A DNA stretch of 64,000 nt from Cyanophora paradoxa CCMP329. Its lineage: Eukaryota; Plantae; Glaucophyta. Both the position numbers and the translations under genes were made by a program. Positions 1 to 11,969 of this stretch are shown here, piece by piece. Each line of letters opens with the position of its first letter. The first letter of the stretch is position 1. The notes under the pieces were generated by a model, which had not been told where the DNA came from, ran no database searches, and was given only the letters and a program-made list of their open reading frames with translations. The stretch spans positions 62,001 to 126,000 of the forward strand of contig QPMI01000623.1 of assembly GCA_004431415.1 (NCBI GenBank), written 5' to 3'.

Positions 1-2054
1 GCATCTCGAACACCGCGTCGTCTGCGCCCCCGTTGCCGCGGGGCGCCCCGGGGGCGGCGAGGGGCGGCGGGGCCGGGGCGGACCGCTGAGGGCGAGGTTC
101 CAGAGGGCGGCGCAGGCCATGGCGGCGGTGGGCGCCGACGCCGCGTGCTTCTGCATCGCGTCGAACAGCAGCGGCACGGCGTTCAGCCGCAGGAAGAGCG
201 GCCGGTTCCCCTCTGCCCCCGCCCCGTCACCCGCGCGGCGCGGGGCGGGGCGGGGCGGGCGGGGGCGGGGGCGGTGCGGACGGGAGCGGGCGAGGATCCA
301 GACGACGCGGAAGAGGTAGGCGAGGGCGCGGGCGTCGGCGGCGAAGAGGGAGACCGCCCACATGATCCCCTCCACCGCCGCCTTGTTGAAGAAGCACCCC
401 TCGTTCCGCACCGCCTCCACGCTGCCCCCGCACACGCCCGCCTCAGCACCCCTCCCCTCGCATCCCATCCCCTCCCCTCCCCTCGCCGCGGGGCAGGGGC
501 GGGGCGGGGGCGGGGGCGGGGGGCGGGGCGCGCCTGTGCTCGTAGCGGTTGCCGAAGCGCTCGCAGGCGATGAGGCACTCGGTGGGGGGCGTGGTGGGCT
601 GGAGGGTGGCGGCGAGGGCGCGGATCTCGCCCTTGTGCTCCTCGGCGGCCTCGACCTCGCTGTCGTAGAGCGCGGCGTCGTGCGCGTCGGCCTCGCCGTT
701 CTTCAGCGAGAGCTCGAAGTCCTTCTTCAGCGACTTGAGCGCCCCGTTCTGGTCCTCGTGCCACGTCACCTGCCGCCCCCGCCTCACCGCCCCGCCCCGC
801 TCCCGCGCCCCCGCCCCGCCCCGCGCACGTTCTTGTACGACTTGTTGCGTTTCTGGCCGGCGGCGCGGCGTCAGCGGGGCGGAGGCGAGGGGGCGGGGCG
901 GGGCGGGGCGGGGCGGGGCGGGGCGCACGACGGCGGACTTCTGGCGGACGAGGCGGATGCGGCGGATCAGGGAGTCGAGCATGCCGCTGTACTCCTCCAT
1001 GCTCCCGCTCCACATGATCGGGTGCTGCCCGTCCAGGATCGCGCTCAGCGCCGGGTGCCGCTGCGCCTGCGCCGTCCCGGAGTCGAACTTCTTGATCGCC
1101 ACAATCAGCACGTCCTTTTGCTGCGCGCCCCGCCGCCCCCGCAACCGTCAGGCCCGCCCTCGGCGCGGCACGCCGGCGCGTCAAAGAGAAGCGCTTGCCT
1201 GCGCCCTCGCGCATTCTAGCTCGGCCTGTATAACCTCCCCGGGCGTCGCGTCCTCTGGTATCAAAAGAACTGCACGGGAGCGATGAGGACAGGGAAGCGG
1301 AGCGGCGCGCATGTCGGCGGCGGATACCGAGCTTGCGGGCGTAGCTAAGGAAGGAAAAAGGGAGGTGTCAGCGCGCGGTCTTCCTGCGCGGGCGCGCAGG
1401 CTGCGCACGACAGCATCTCTTCGAGTTCGCGCGACCACACGGAGTTCTTGTGCCAATCCTCGAGGTCCAGCCTACGGGCACGAGCGACGGCGGTCAGAGC
1501 AGAGCCGCGCGCGCGAGAGAGACGGGGGACCGGGCTGTGGGCACCAGCATGTGAAGCCTGCGTTGACTATGTCTCTTTGTAACCTCTCGGCTATCTCCTT
1601 CTCGGACAGGGAGTAGGCGAGGAAGACATCTCGCCGCTCCTGCGCAACAGAGTAAGCGCAGGCGCCACAGAACAACGTTTTCTATATGTAGATGCGATCG
1701 CAGCTAGAACATAGGCGCCAGCGGATCCCCCTAGGCGGCCAGGGATCCAGTGCCAGGACTGGGATCGCCAGCCGTTCCAAACCCCAGGAGACCCCGCAGC
1801 TAAGCAGGCTATGCCGTGCTCGAATGAAGCTCCGCGTCGCTCGCAGAGCTCCCAGCTAGCCGCCTTAAAAGACCGTGGCGCACGATTAGTCCTTCTGCAT
1901 TCGACGCCTGGGGCACTGCGCAAAAGGAGCATTTAGCTATCATCCGGGCATGACTGCTGGTGTGCGCACCGCCAATGGGCTCTACCGGCGCAGGTGCTTT
2001 TACGGCAGCGGGCGGTGGGTCACGCGCTGAAGCCGACGAGGCACCGCACCCCAT
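1..2054 (-). CDS. N-acylated TIR-domain + armadillo-repeat protein (multi-exon; 3' end runs off the left edge)
   Basis: Starts MGCGASS (myristoylation/palmitoylation-type N-terminus). Spliced exons read RRDVFLAYSLSEKEIAERLQRDIVNAGFTCW|LDLEDWHKNSVWSRELEEMLS|YARKL|VLLIPEDATPGEVIQAELECARAQ|QKDVLIV, a TIR_2 pattern. A later exon near 90-200 reads NAVPLLFDAMQKHAASAPTAAMACAALWNLALS (ARM-like). The exons between about 1650 and 1970 are uncertain. Confidence 0.75.
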
Positions 2055-2455
2055 GGCCGCTCCTCCGGTCCAGTTCTACACACTCTAAGCTGCACCAGTG
2101 TGAGGTCGGGGTGTGTTTGTTTTGTCGCTGCAGGGGTACGACTAACTCGACATGCGGCGCAATTGCAAGGCGACGACGGCGGACCCCTGCAAGTCCATGC
2201 CCATGGCCTTGCAATTGGCGATTTGCGACGCGCATGTCCGGCGTTGGACCCATCCGGGCCAGCGACTGCAGGCGCCATGCGCAGTGCGGAGCGAGGGTCG
2301 ACGCCGTGACGTCCGCATTCGATCGATTCTCGAGCTCGCTAGCTAGAATTCCATAGCTAGGCACTGGGTCAGGCCACACAGGCCTGCCATAGCTAGAGCT
2401 GGCATGCGCAGGCGCGCGGGGGCGGGCCGGGTGCGAGCTGGGGGCGGGGGCGGGG

Positions 2456-3915
2456 CTACTTGGTATAGAGGACGGGGAGGTTGAGGCGGTGGACGACGTC
2501 GACGGGGAGGGCGAAGACGGGGTCGATGCCCCGCAGGCCCCCGTGCCCCAGCAGCGAGAGCCCTGCCCCCGCCCTCAGCAGCCGCCCCCCGGGGGCGGGG
2601 GCGGGGGCGGGGGCGGGGGCGGGGGCGGGCCGGCGATGCCGAAGAAGGTGTGGAAGACGTCGGCCATGTCCCCCGGGCGGTCCGCGATGCCCCCGTCCGG
2701 GTCCTGCCTCCGCCGGTGAGCCCCCGCGGGGCGGGGCGGGGCGGGGGCGACCTGGCTCTCGAGGATGAAGGCCTTGAGGGCGTCGGCGTCGATCCAGTGC
2801 AGCTTCCCGATCATCGCCAGCGACGACACCACCCACCACGAGTAGCACACCTGCCGCGTGTCGCGCCCCCCGCCCGCCCCGGCAGGGGCCGGCCGGGCGC
2901 ACGTCGGGCTTCTTGTCGGGGCGGCCGTTGAGACCGCCCTCCTTGACCTGGCGCTCGCAGAGCCACCAGCCGAGCAGCTCGCGGTCCACGTGCTCCAGCG
3001 CGCCCCCGATCGCCAGGGCCCCCACGCAGCAGAAGACTGCCCCGCCTCAGCGCCCCCCCTCGCGCGAGCCCCGGGGCGGGGCGGGGCAGGGAGGGGCGGA
3101 CTCTGGCCGGCGTGCGACTCGGCCATGGGGACGCAGCCGAAGCCGCCGTCGAAGTTGCGGCACGAGGCGACGAAGTCGGTCGCCTTCTTGACGTCCACGG
3201 CGCCCAGCCGCCCCAGCAGCGCCAGGCAGTTCAGCGCGCAGTACGAGAACCTGCAGGGGGGCCTCGGCGCCGGGCGGCCGCGGGGCAGGGGGCGGGGGGC
3301 GGCGGGGGGCAGACCGGGTGTCGATCTCGCCCCACTCGTCCCCGGCGAACGAGCCGTCCGGCTGCTGGAGCCCCGCCACGTCTGCCGCCCCCCCGTCAGG
3401 GCCACCCGCGGCGCGCCGGCGCGCCGGCGTGGCGACGCGGCGGGGGCGGCGGCGCGGCGGCGCACACTGCGCGACGCGCTCCTGGTCTATCCTCCCCAGC
3501 TCGTCAAAGATGGCGAGGATCTGCACGGCGCTCAGCGTGTAGAGAAGATGCGGGTCGTGATCCGCGTTGCCTCCGAAGCCACCTGCGCACCCGATGAGCG
3601 CGGCGCGCGAGGCTCTGCCGGCGGCGGACCGGACTCGTGTTGACAGCTGAGTAGCCAGTCGATGATCTCCTGCTTGTTCATCTCGTCGAGCGCGTTCATG
3701 AGGCACATCGCCGAGATGCCCCAGTACGCGCCGCTCATGCGCAAGTGCTCCGAGACGAGCGCCTCGAAGCTGTCCTTCTTCTGCTCGCGCCGGTCGGTCA
3801 GCCAACTCCCGCGCGCGGCAGCGTCGCGCGTCGAGGTGCGCACACGCTCCAGCTTCAGAACGAACGCCTTGTGCTTCTCCTCGAGAAGGCGGGAGGACGG
3901 GCCTGGGTCGCCCAT
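2456..3915 (-). CDS. RABGGTB: Rab geranylgeranyltransferase type II beta subunit (8 exons)
   Basis: Spliced motifs [87 protein letters not shown] and [14 protein letters not shown]. The last intron (2563-2630) is GC-AG. Confidence 0.96.
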
Positions 3916-4159
3916 CGGCCCCGCTCGCCAATCGATGCGTCGAGATCTCCAAGTGCGAGCGGGGCGCAGTTGCTTTAGCTGCGTGCCTCGGGGCCTGGGA
4001 AGCGAGCTTGCTCGTCTTTCTTCAGCGTACCCTCGCGGCGGTTAGTTCGTTGCAACTGGCCCAGCTTAGCTAGCAGCCGCTGCCAGCCATCCAGAGCTCC
4101 GGCGTGCAATTGGCTTTTCTCAGCTAGCACCTGGCTACAGCCCCGTGACAGCCGTCGGG

Positions 4160-5875
4160 ATGCCGAAGCCGCGACCGCGACTTGTCGTTGAGGTCGTCGA
4201 GTTCGAGCGCGGGGCCTACGTCGACCCGGAGCTGCCCGTCTTCATCGTCCTCGAGATTGATGGACGCGCAAACGGTCCGCTTCGCAGGCCTCGGCGCGTC
4301 TCGTGGCCGACCGATTTCGCAGCGACGGAGGAGAGAAGGGGCAGCAGGATCCTGTTCAGAGAGAAGTTCCAAACGAGTCTGATGCGTGCTAACGGACTCT
4401 TCGTCGACGAGTGCGCCGTGAAAGTCTTCCAGCGGGACGGGCTCGCGGGCCAGCCCGTGCAGCTCGGCGGATTCCGCATCGCTCTCGCGAACATGCTCGC
4501 CCGCGGCGACCGCGAGCGCGGTGCGGCCGGCCCGCCACGCGACGCGGCGGCCGCGGGGGGGGAGGGCGGGCGCTGAGGGGCGGCGGCGGCGGGGCGCAGA
4601 CGTGTGGCTGCCGAACCGAGACGGGGAGCGGGTGCACCTGCGCGTGCAGGTCGAGGGGGAGTTCGACCCGCAGGCCGCCGCCGCCTCCGCGCCTCCCGGG
4701 TCCGCGCAGGCCGCGCGGCTGCTCGTGGGCGGGGTGCGAGGCGGGGCGCAGGGGTCGCTGGGCCCGCGCCCGACCATCGAGGAGACGTTCGCGCCGGGGC
4801 CGGCCCGCGGGGCGCCCTCCGGCAGGACGCCTCCCCGACGCCGCGCGGGGCCACCAGGCGGGAGCCGTCGCCCTCGCCCGCGAGGCGGCCGCCTTGGGCG
4901 GCGGCTGGAGCGTGCTCGGCGTCGTCGGCGCCGGCACGGGCGTCGCCGTGCGCGGGCCCAGCTACGTCCGCTACCGCCTCCCCGCCTCGCCCTCGCCCCC
5001 CGCTCCCGCTCCCCGACGCCCCCGGCGGGGGGCCCGGAGAGCGCGCGCTCGGCGGGGAGCGAGGGGGCCCTCCTCGAGCGCACCGCCAGCTTCCAGGCGG
5101 TGCGCCGCCCGCCCCGCCCCGCCCTGCTGCCCGCCTCGGCGTGTGAGGGGCGGGCAGGACCGGTACGCGTCGCCGGGGCGGGGCGGCCTGAGCCGCACGA
5201 GCTCCTTCGGCTCCGCCCGCGACGCCCCCGACTCCGCCCGGCCCCTCCTCGCCCGCCCCGCCCCTCCCCCGCCCGCCCCGCCTCGCCGCCCCGCGCCCCG
5301 GCCTCGCCGCCGACGTCCATGCGGAGCGTGCGCTTCGCGGAGCCCGAGGCCGGCCCCCAGCTCGCCGCCTCCGCCTCCTACCGCCGGCCCGCCCCGACCT
5401 CGCGCCCCCGTCCCCCCGCGCCTCCCCGCCGCCTCGCCCACCCGCCTCCGATCCGCTTCCCCCTCCCCCCGCCCCCCGGCCGTGCGGCTGTACCCCGGAG
5501 AGGGCCCGGCGGGGCTCTCGGTGAGCGCGGGGCCGGCCTGGCAGCAGGGGGCGGTGGGGGCGCGGGGGGCCAGGCCGGGGCACGTCGTGCCCTCGGGGCT
5601 TGGCCCGGGGGCGGCGCCCGCGCCGCTTGCGATCTCCGCACATGCCTCCCCCGCGCCGCGCAAGGATCTTTTCGGGGCGCGCCGGGGGGACCCCGCCCCC
5701 GCCCCCGTCGAGGCCTCCTGGTGGTGCCCCCTGCTCGCCTCCCCCCAGCCCCGCGGGGCCCCCTGAGGCGCCGGTCGGCAGGGACGACTGCCTGGGGCGC
5801 GGGGGCCGGCGGCGGCGCGAGGATGAGGAGGAGGAGTCGTGCTGCCTCCCCACGTACAGCCTGGCCAGGCTCTAG
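4160..5875 (+). CDS. Hypothetical protein with an N-terminal C2-like beta domain and a low-complexity C-terminus (multi-exon)
   Basis: ATG at 4160. MPKPRPRLVVEVVEFERG..VFIVLEIDG..FREKF..VKVF..LGGFRIALANM|DVWLP..HLRVQVE has C2-like strand spacing. Downstream exon boundaries are tentative. Confidence 0.5.
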
Positions 5876-7155
5876 GCCCTCCCGCCACACAGAATACAAG
5901 ACAACACGAGCACAGCAAGACCGTCGGAGTAAGGGGACCGGGGCAGGCGGAACCGATCTCTGCATCGGAACCAATCTCTGGAGTCTCGGTGTTTTGCGTT
6001 CCCCCCAATAGGGTGTACTTCTGGAGGACCCGATCCGGATGCGTAGATCTCATGGCCCAGTGGCCCAGTGGTAGGGGTTCGACGGTCTGGCCAGACGGCT
6101 TGAAAGCTGGCACCGGGGCTGGGGTACCGGGGTGCCGGGCCCAAGAACTTGCACCTGCGCTGGCCCAAGCCGTTGGGTGCCCCAGAAATCATGAAAGCGC
6201 CGAGCGCCGCGGCGGCTTAAGCTTGCCAGCTGCAGCCTCATGATCAAGACGTACTACGGTAACAAGTCAAAGTCCCCTCTGGCCGCGGGCGTCCGCCTGA
6301 ACACAGCCGTAATTTTCCTGTAGCCCCCGCAGATTTGAAAACTCATGATCAAGTCTCATGAAACCTCTTAAAAAATCATTTGAATTTAAACCGCTGAACT
6401 GCCGGGCCGGGCCCCGGGGCTGCTCAGCGGTTGATCATGAGGGCTTCGAGGCTTGCAAAGTTGCCAACTTGGCAAGTTGCCAAGTTGAAGGCTAACTTCA
6501 AGGCTTAGTAACTTCCAAACTTGAAATTAAAGTTTCAATTGAACTTGTCAAGTCACAGGCACTGAGTAGTAGTAACTGCATGTGTAAACCGGCTCGGCCC
6601 GGCGGGTTCAACGGTTCCGAAGCTCCCGGACCGGAGTCCGAAGTTTAAAGGTTTCAAGTTTGCAATTGAACCGTCACGGCGTTGACTTCGGAAGGTCCGA
6701 CGGTCCCGAGTCCTGCTATCGCAGCCGCAGCGCCGAAAGGCTGCCGAAAAGATTTTCAGACTGCAGCCTGGCCCAGTGGCAGGCCTGAGGCTCGATCGGC
6801 GCGAATCGACAAAGTTAACCCGCAAATTAAAGTTAACCCGTCACCAATGGCAATGTCGAATTGCTTCGAATTCATTGAGTCAAATTCTAGATCTTGACGA
6901 CGCATAAATGAACATGTACATGTGTTGCCAATAGCTAGGAGGCTAGCTATAGCTTTAGGCCTAGGCCTGCGCATGCGGGCCTCTGGGCGGGACTCCGGGA
7001 TCTCGGACCCAGATCTAGAATTCGAGAGGCGCCTCGCTAGCTAGGTGCGCCCGGCCCCAGAGGGCGGGGGCGTGGCGGGCCAGGAGCGGGTCCACGAATG
7101 CCGCCCACCGCTGCCAGCCCGAGCCGCTCATGATCAGTCGCTGATCATGACTCGG

Positions 7156-10116
7156 CTAGTGGCGGAGCCGGGGGGCGGGGCGCACGGGGCTGGCGTAGGG
7201 GAGGTGGGCGAGGCGGCGGGCGGCGGCCGCGGGCCCCTCGCTTCCCAGGAACGAGAGCAGCAGCCGCTCGCCGCTCGCCGCCGCCGCCGCCGCCTGCGCC
7301 GCGCCAGCGCCACGCCGAGCATGCGCGGGGCCAGCGTCGCCGGGGCCGGCGCCTCTCGCCCGCGCCCGCCCGCCGGCTCCTCGCTGCCGCCAGGGGCCTC
7401 GCCGCCCGCGCCAGAGCCGCCGGCCGCTGCCGGGGGCCCAGGGCGCTGCGGGCGGGGCGTAAAAGGCGGAAGGGCGGGCGGGGCGGGGCGGGTGGGGCGG
7501 GGCGGGCGGGCCGCTCGACGAGGTCGCAGAAGGCCTCCGCGCTCGTGTACTCCCTGCGCCCCGCCCGCTCAAGCTCGCCCTGCGCCCGCCCCGCTCCGCC
7601 CCATGCCCGCGCCCCGCCCCGCCGCACCAGACGGGCGCCACGTCCGGGGGCGCGTGCGCGAGGGCGCCGGCGCTGCCCTCAGCCCCACCCGGCAGCCCGA
7701 GGCCGACCTCGGCACCCTCCGCCTCCCCCGCCGCCTCCCCCGCCGCCTCGCCCTCCCTGCGCGATTCGCGCTGGGGAGGAGGGTGACGGGGGGCGGGGCT
7801 GGGTGGACGGGCACGGAGGGGCGGGCAGGCGGCGGCGAGGGCGGCGAGGGCGGCGGTGCGGGTGCGGGGGTCGCGGTCGCGCGCCGCCCCGACGAGCGCC
7901 GGGATGGCCCCTGCGGGGGAACGCGGCGGCGCGCCGCGCTCGGACTCGTCTGTGCGGGGCGGGGCGGGGCTCGGGGGCGGACGGCGGGGGTCGAGGTCGA
8001 GGCGGGGGAGAAGCTCGAGGGCGGCGCGGCGGACGGCGGCCGCGGGGTCCCGCTCCAGCGCCCGCAGCAGCGCCGCCCCGCCCGCCCCGCCAGCCGCCCC
8101 TGCCCCCGCCCCTGCTCCCTGGGTGCCCGCGGAGGAGGGGCGGGCGGGCACCGGGGGCCTCGGGGCGGGGCCGCCGAGCTCCAGCAGCTCCACGAGCGCT
8201 GCCGGCCGCTCAGGGGCCGGCGGGAGGGGGAAGAGCAGGGGCGCCCCGCCGGCCCCCCCGCACCCCCGGCGGCCGCCACGCGCGCCTCCGTCGCCGGCGC
8301 CGTCGCGAGGACCTGTCCGCCTGTGGGCGGGGCGTGCGAGGGCGGGCGGGCGGGCGGGGCGGGCCGTGTCGAGGGTGCGGAGGAGGGCCTCCGGCGCCGC
8401 CCGAGTACCGCCGCCGCCAGGCGCATCCCGCCCCGCCCCTGCCCCTCGTCCCTCCTCGCGGGGGCCGCAGCAGGCGGAGGGGTCGGGGGCGGGGCACCGG
8501 CGGCGTGGGCGGCGGGCGTGGCGAGGAAGGAGGCGGCGGGGCCCGCGAGGGGCGGCACGGCGCGCGCCCACAGTCCCGCCCACCGCTCCAGGCGCCCCGC
8601 CGCGGCCTCGCCGCCGCGCGGGGCGGGGCGGCAGAGGGCGCGCAGGAGGCGCTGGAAGGCCGCCTCCGCCGCCGCCTGCGCGCCCCGCAGCCCGCTGGGG
8701 GCCCAGGGGCGGCGGGGCGGGGCGGGGCGGACGGGGTGCTGGGCGTGGAGGTCGCGGGCCCAGGCGGCGAGGTGCGCCTCCGCGGAGGCCTCGCGGGCGG
8801 CGCCCCCCGCGGGAGGGCCTGCAGCACGGCCGCCGCCGCCGCGAGGCAGCCGGCCACGTGCACGTGCGCAGCAGCCGCCGCCCCCGCCTCCCCCTCCTCC
8901 ACCTCCTCCTCTGCAGCCTCTCAGCCCCGGCACCACGGGCGGGGCGGGGCGGGCGGGGCGGGGCGGGCGCGCGGGCGGCGCGGAGGTAGGCGTCGAGGGC
9001 GTCGCGGGGGAGCGGGGGCCGGCCCCGATGGCGCACGGCGGCCCGTCGCGCGCGGCGAGGCCGGCGAGCAGCGCGCGGGCGGAGGGCCAGCGGGCGGGCG
9101 GCAGGCACGCGAGGAGCTCGACGGCGCCGAAGCGCGGGTCGGAGAGCAGGGGCCCCACGAGCGCCTCCTCGAAGCCTGCGCCCCGCTCGGAGCCGCCCCG
9201 CCATGCCCCGCCCCACCCGCGGGCGGGCGGACCGTCGTCGGCGGCGAGGGCGACGAGGAGGCGCTCGAGGGTCTCGCGGGGAGGCAGCAGCGCCGGCAGC
9301 AGCTCCCCCGCAAACGCCAGCGGCAGCTGCCCCTGCCTGCGCCGCGGCCGCGGCTCGAGGCAGGCGCGCGGGGCGGCAAACGAAGCCTTGGCCATGGCGC
9401 TGCGGACCGGAGGACGAAGGCGGCGGAGGCGGCGACGGCGGGGCCGTACTCGAGCCAGGCGTGCGCCTCGGCCTCGAGGGCGTCGAGCTCCTCCTGGTGG
9501 GCGCCCGCCGGCGCGTCCGGCCCGCCCCGCTCCTCCCGCTCCGCCCGCTGCTCCTCCACCTCCCGCGCTCGCACGCTCCTGCTACCCAGCGCTCGGCTCC
9601 CCCCATGCAAATGAACCGGGCTCCGTGATGCCCTCGGGTGTCCCCATGCAAATGTGGCGTCCGATTCGCACCGCGAAAGGAACGCGGCGCGCGCGGAGGC
9701 AGCGCTTAATGTTGCAGCGAGAACCCGTCGGGCATAGTTGTCCCACGATCCGCGCGCTCGCTCCTGCACGTTCACAGTCGGAGCAGGTCGCGTCATAATC
9801 AGCAAAGCGAGCGCGGTTTGAGCGGCCGCACCTGCTCGATGATCGCGTTCGGGTTGGAAGAAAAGGCAGCGAATGACTGTTGGAAGGGTGCCGTGCTCGG
9901 ACCAAGCTCGTCGAACGTCGGCGCAGTATTCGCGCGCGCGGCCGTCGAACGTGCGCTCGCTGCCGCGGGGGGCGCAGCAGCGCGGTCGCCTGCGTGGGCA
10001 GCGGTGTTTGCGCCCGCGGCACTCGAATCCGCCTCCGGATCCTCGGCGTCTCGCACGAGCCGCCTGCGCCTTCGCACGCGCGAACGAATGACGGGCTCCT
10101 CGCTTTCGCTCGACAT
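7156..10116 (-). CDS. Hypothetical HEAT/alpha-solenoid-like protein (multi-exon)
   Basis: Exon-like segments include LRALERDPAAAVRRAALELL and AIPALVGAARDRDPRTRTAALAALA (HEAT-like), separated by GC-rich introns. Both ends are approximate. Confidence 0.45.
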
Positions 10117-10250
10117 GAAGGGGGGAATGACCCTTAATTGGGTACAAGAGCGCGAATCAGGGGACACAAAAAAGCGTCAAAAATGCAGAGGCAGCGATTA
10201 TCAATGAAGCAGAACCAGAGGATGGGGCAGGGAGAGGGGCCAGGCTATAG

Positions 10251-11728
10251 CTAGGGAGCGGACGGGGGCGGGGAGGCTGGGGGCGGGGCGTCGCGGGGCG
10301 CGGGCGGCTCGACGACGCTGCGGGCCTCGATCTCGATGACGGCCTCGCGCGGGTCGATCTCCGGCAGCCGCCGCCGCACCCGCCGCACCCCGGCGCCGCG
10401 CCCCACCCGCCGCAGCGCCCCGGGCTTCTCCTGGCGGGGCCGCGGGGCGCCCCTCGGGGGCGCGGGGGCGGCGGGGGCCATGGGGCGGACGAGGGGCCGG
10501 GCGGGGCGCGGGGATCCGTCGGGGGCCTCCTCCTCGTCGTCCTCGTCCTCGTCGGCCTCGGCGCGCGAGGCGACGGCGCCGTACATCGCGTGGAAGACCG
10601 ACGACCGCCGGTCGCTCCGCTCGTACCTGCCCCGCCCCGCCCTCGGCGCATACCCCAGCTGCCCCGCAGCGAGCGCAGCGCACCGCACGTCCACCACCCG
10701 CTGGCAGCTGCGTCGCGGCGCGGCGTCAGCGGGGGGCACGGGGCGAGCGGGGCGGGGCAGCGGTCGCCTAGGGCACGCGACGAGGACCGAGCTCCGCGTG
10801 GCGCTGATGCTCCACCCGCAGTACGGGCACGGCACCTGCGTCTGCGCGGCCGGCGTGAGCACCAGAGGCTGCAGCGGGGACGGCGGGGGCGGGGCGCGCC
10901 TGCCGGGCCTGGAGACGGCGGGCGACGAAGCCGACGGCCCAGATGAACGGCAGGACGAGGAGGAAGAGCATGCAGATCGACGTGAGCGTCCTCCCGAGGC
11001 GCCCCGTGAGGAGCAGGTAAGCGAGGATGAGCCTGCGGGGCGTGTTGAGGGCCGGCAGCGCCCTGTGGGCGGACATGCACACCACCCGGGCTTCACGCCC
11101 ATCGTCCCAAGCCCGAGGATGATTCCGCCTGCCTGCCACCAGCTGAGCCGCGCCGTCGCCACCTCGCGCAGCGCGTAGCCCAGGTCGCTTCCCAGCGCGA
11201 GCAGGCTTCTGTTCGGGAAATCAGCCGAGCGGCGAGGCTGGTAGAGGACGACATCACCTTCTTGCGGGGTTTAGAAGGATGGTGACGAAGATCAGGATCG
11301 TACCTGAGCGTAGAAGCGTCAGCGGAGACGGCGCGTTCGAACGTTTCTAACCAGCATCGCTCACTCGCAGCGGTCCAGACAGCTGCTTCCGAAGGAGGAG
11401 TGCGGTTGTCCTCTCTAGTTCTGAATGTACACACGACGGCACACGACGGCGAACCGAGCCGTTGAGGCCGCGACCGGAAACGCAGGTGCTCAGCGCCCCG
11501 CTCGAGGAAAGAAACTCGACGATTGTTACGCTCAATCTGATGCAAGCTGCTCCATCTCCAGACTATCGGCGCGGCCGCTGAGCGGCTCTCGGGCCGTGCA
11601 GATCTACATGAAGGCAGCGGAGGAGACAACTCCGAGACGCATGCCACAACGTGCACGATCGTAGTTGGTGCGTCGGGGACGCGGAACCTGTGTGGCCAGA
11701 GTGCGACGAAGCTTATTGGCAGCTCCAT
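10251..11728 (-). CDS. Small membrane protein with a CxxC-x11-CxxC zinc finger, possibly plastid-targeted
   Basis: Spliced: hydrophobic LILAYLLLTGRLGRTLTSICMLFLLVLPFIWAVGFVA, then VPCPYCGWSISATRSSVLVACP|SCQRVVDV, and AVIEIEARSV near the C-terminus. From memory this resembles a cyanobacterial/plastid TM + Zn-finger family. The start codon is uncertain. Confidence 0.5.
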
Positions 11729-11969
11729 GCTCTCCAGCTGCAGCCGCGGCCGAGCTTGCAACCCGCTCTAGCTTCGCAGGCCGAGGCAAAGCGCTGACGT
11801 TGCCCTGAAATTCTCCTACCCCCCCCCCCCCCCCCCCCCCCGCCGGGCCGGGCCTGCAAATTTGCGGAGAATTGTTCGATCCCTTAAGCTTCAATCTGCG
11901 GGCCCCCCTTCAATCTGCGGGCCCCTTCAAACTGACTTGCGAGAGGGGCCCGGCAACAATGGCAGTCTT

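Noticed and set aside
6052-6082. tRNA-like A box (TGGCCCAGTGGTAG) and B box (GGTTCGA)
   Set aside because: The boxes are only a few bases apart and no cloverleaf can be formed.
7045-9798. Very long ORFs (917 aa here; also 50235-53135, 19869-22145, 11884-14364)
   Set aside because: Arg/Pro/Gly/Ala-rich read-through of GC-rich introns or antisense strands. Stop codons are rare at this GC content, and the real genes are spliced.
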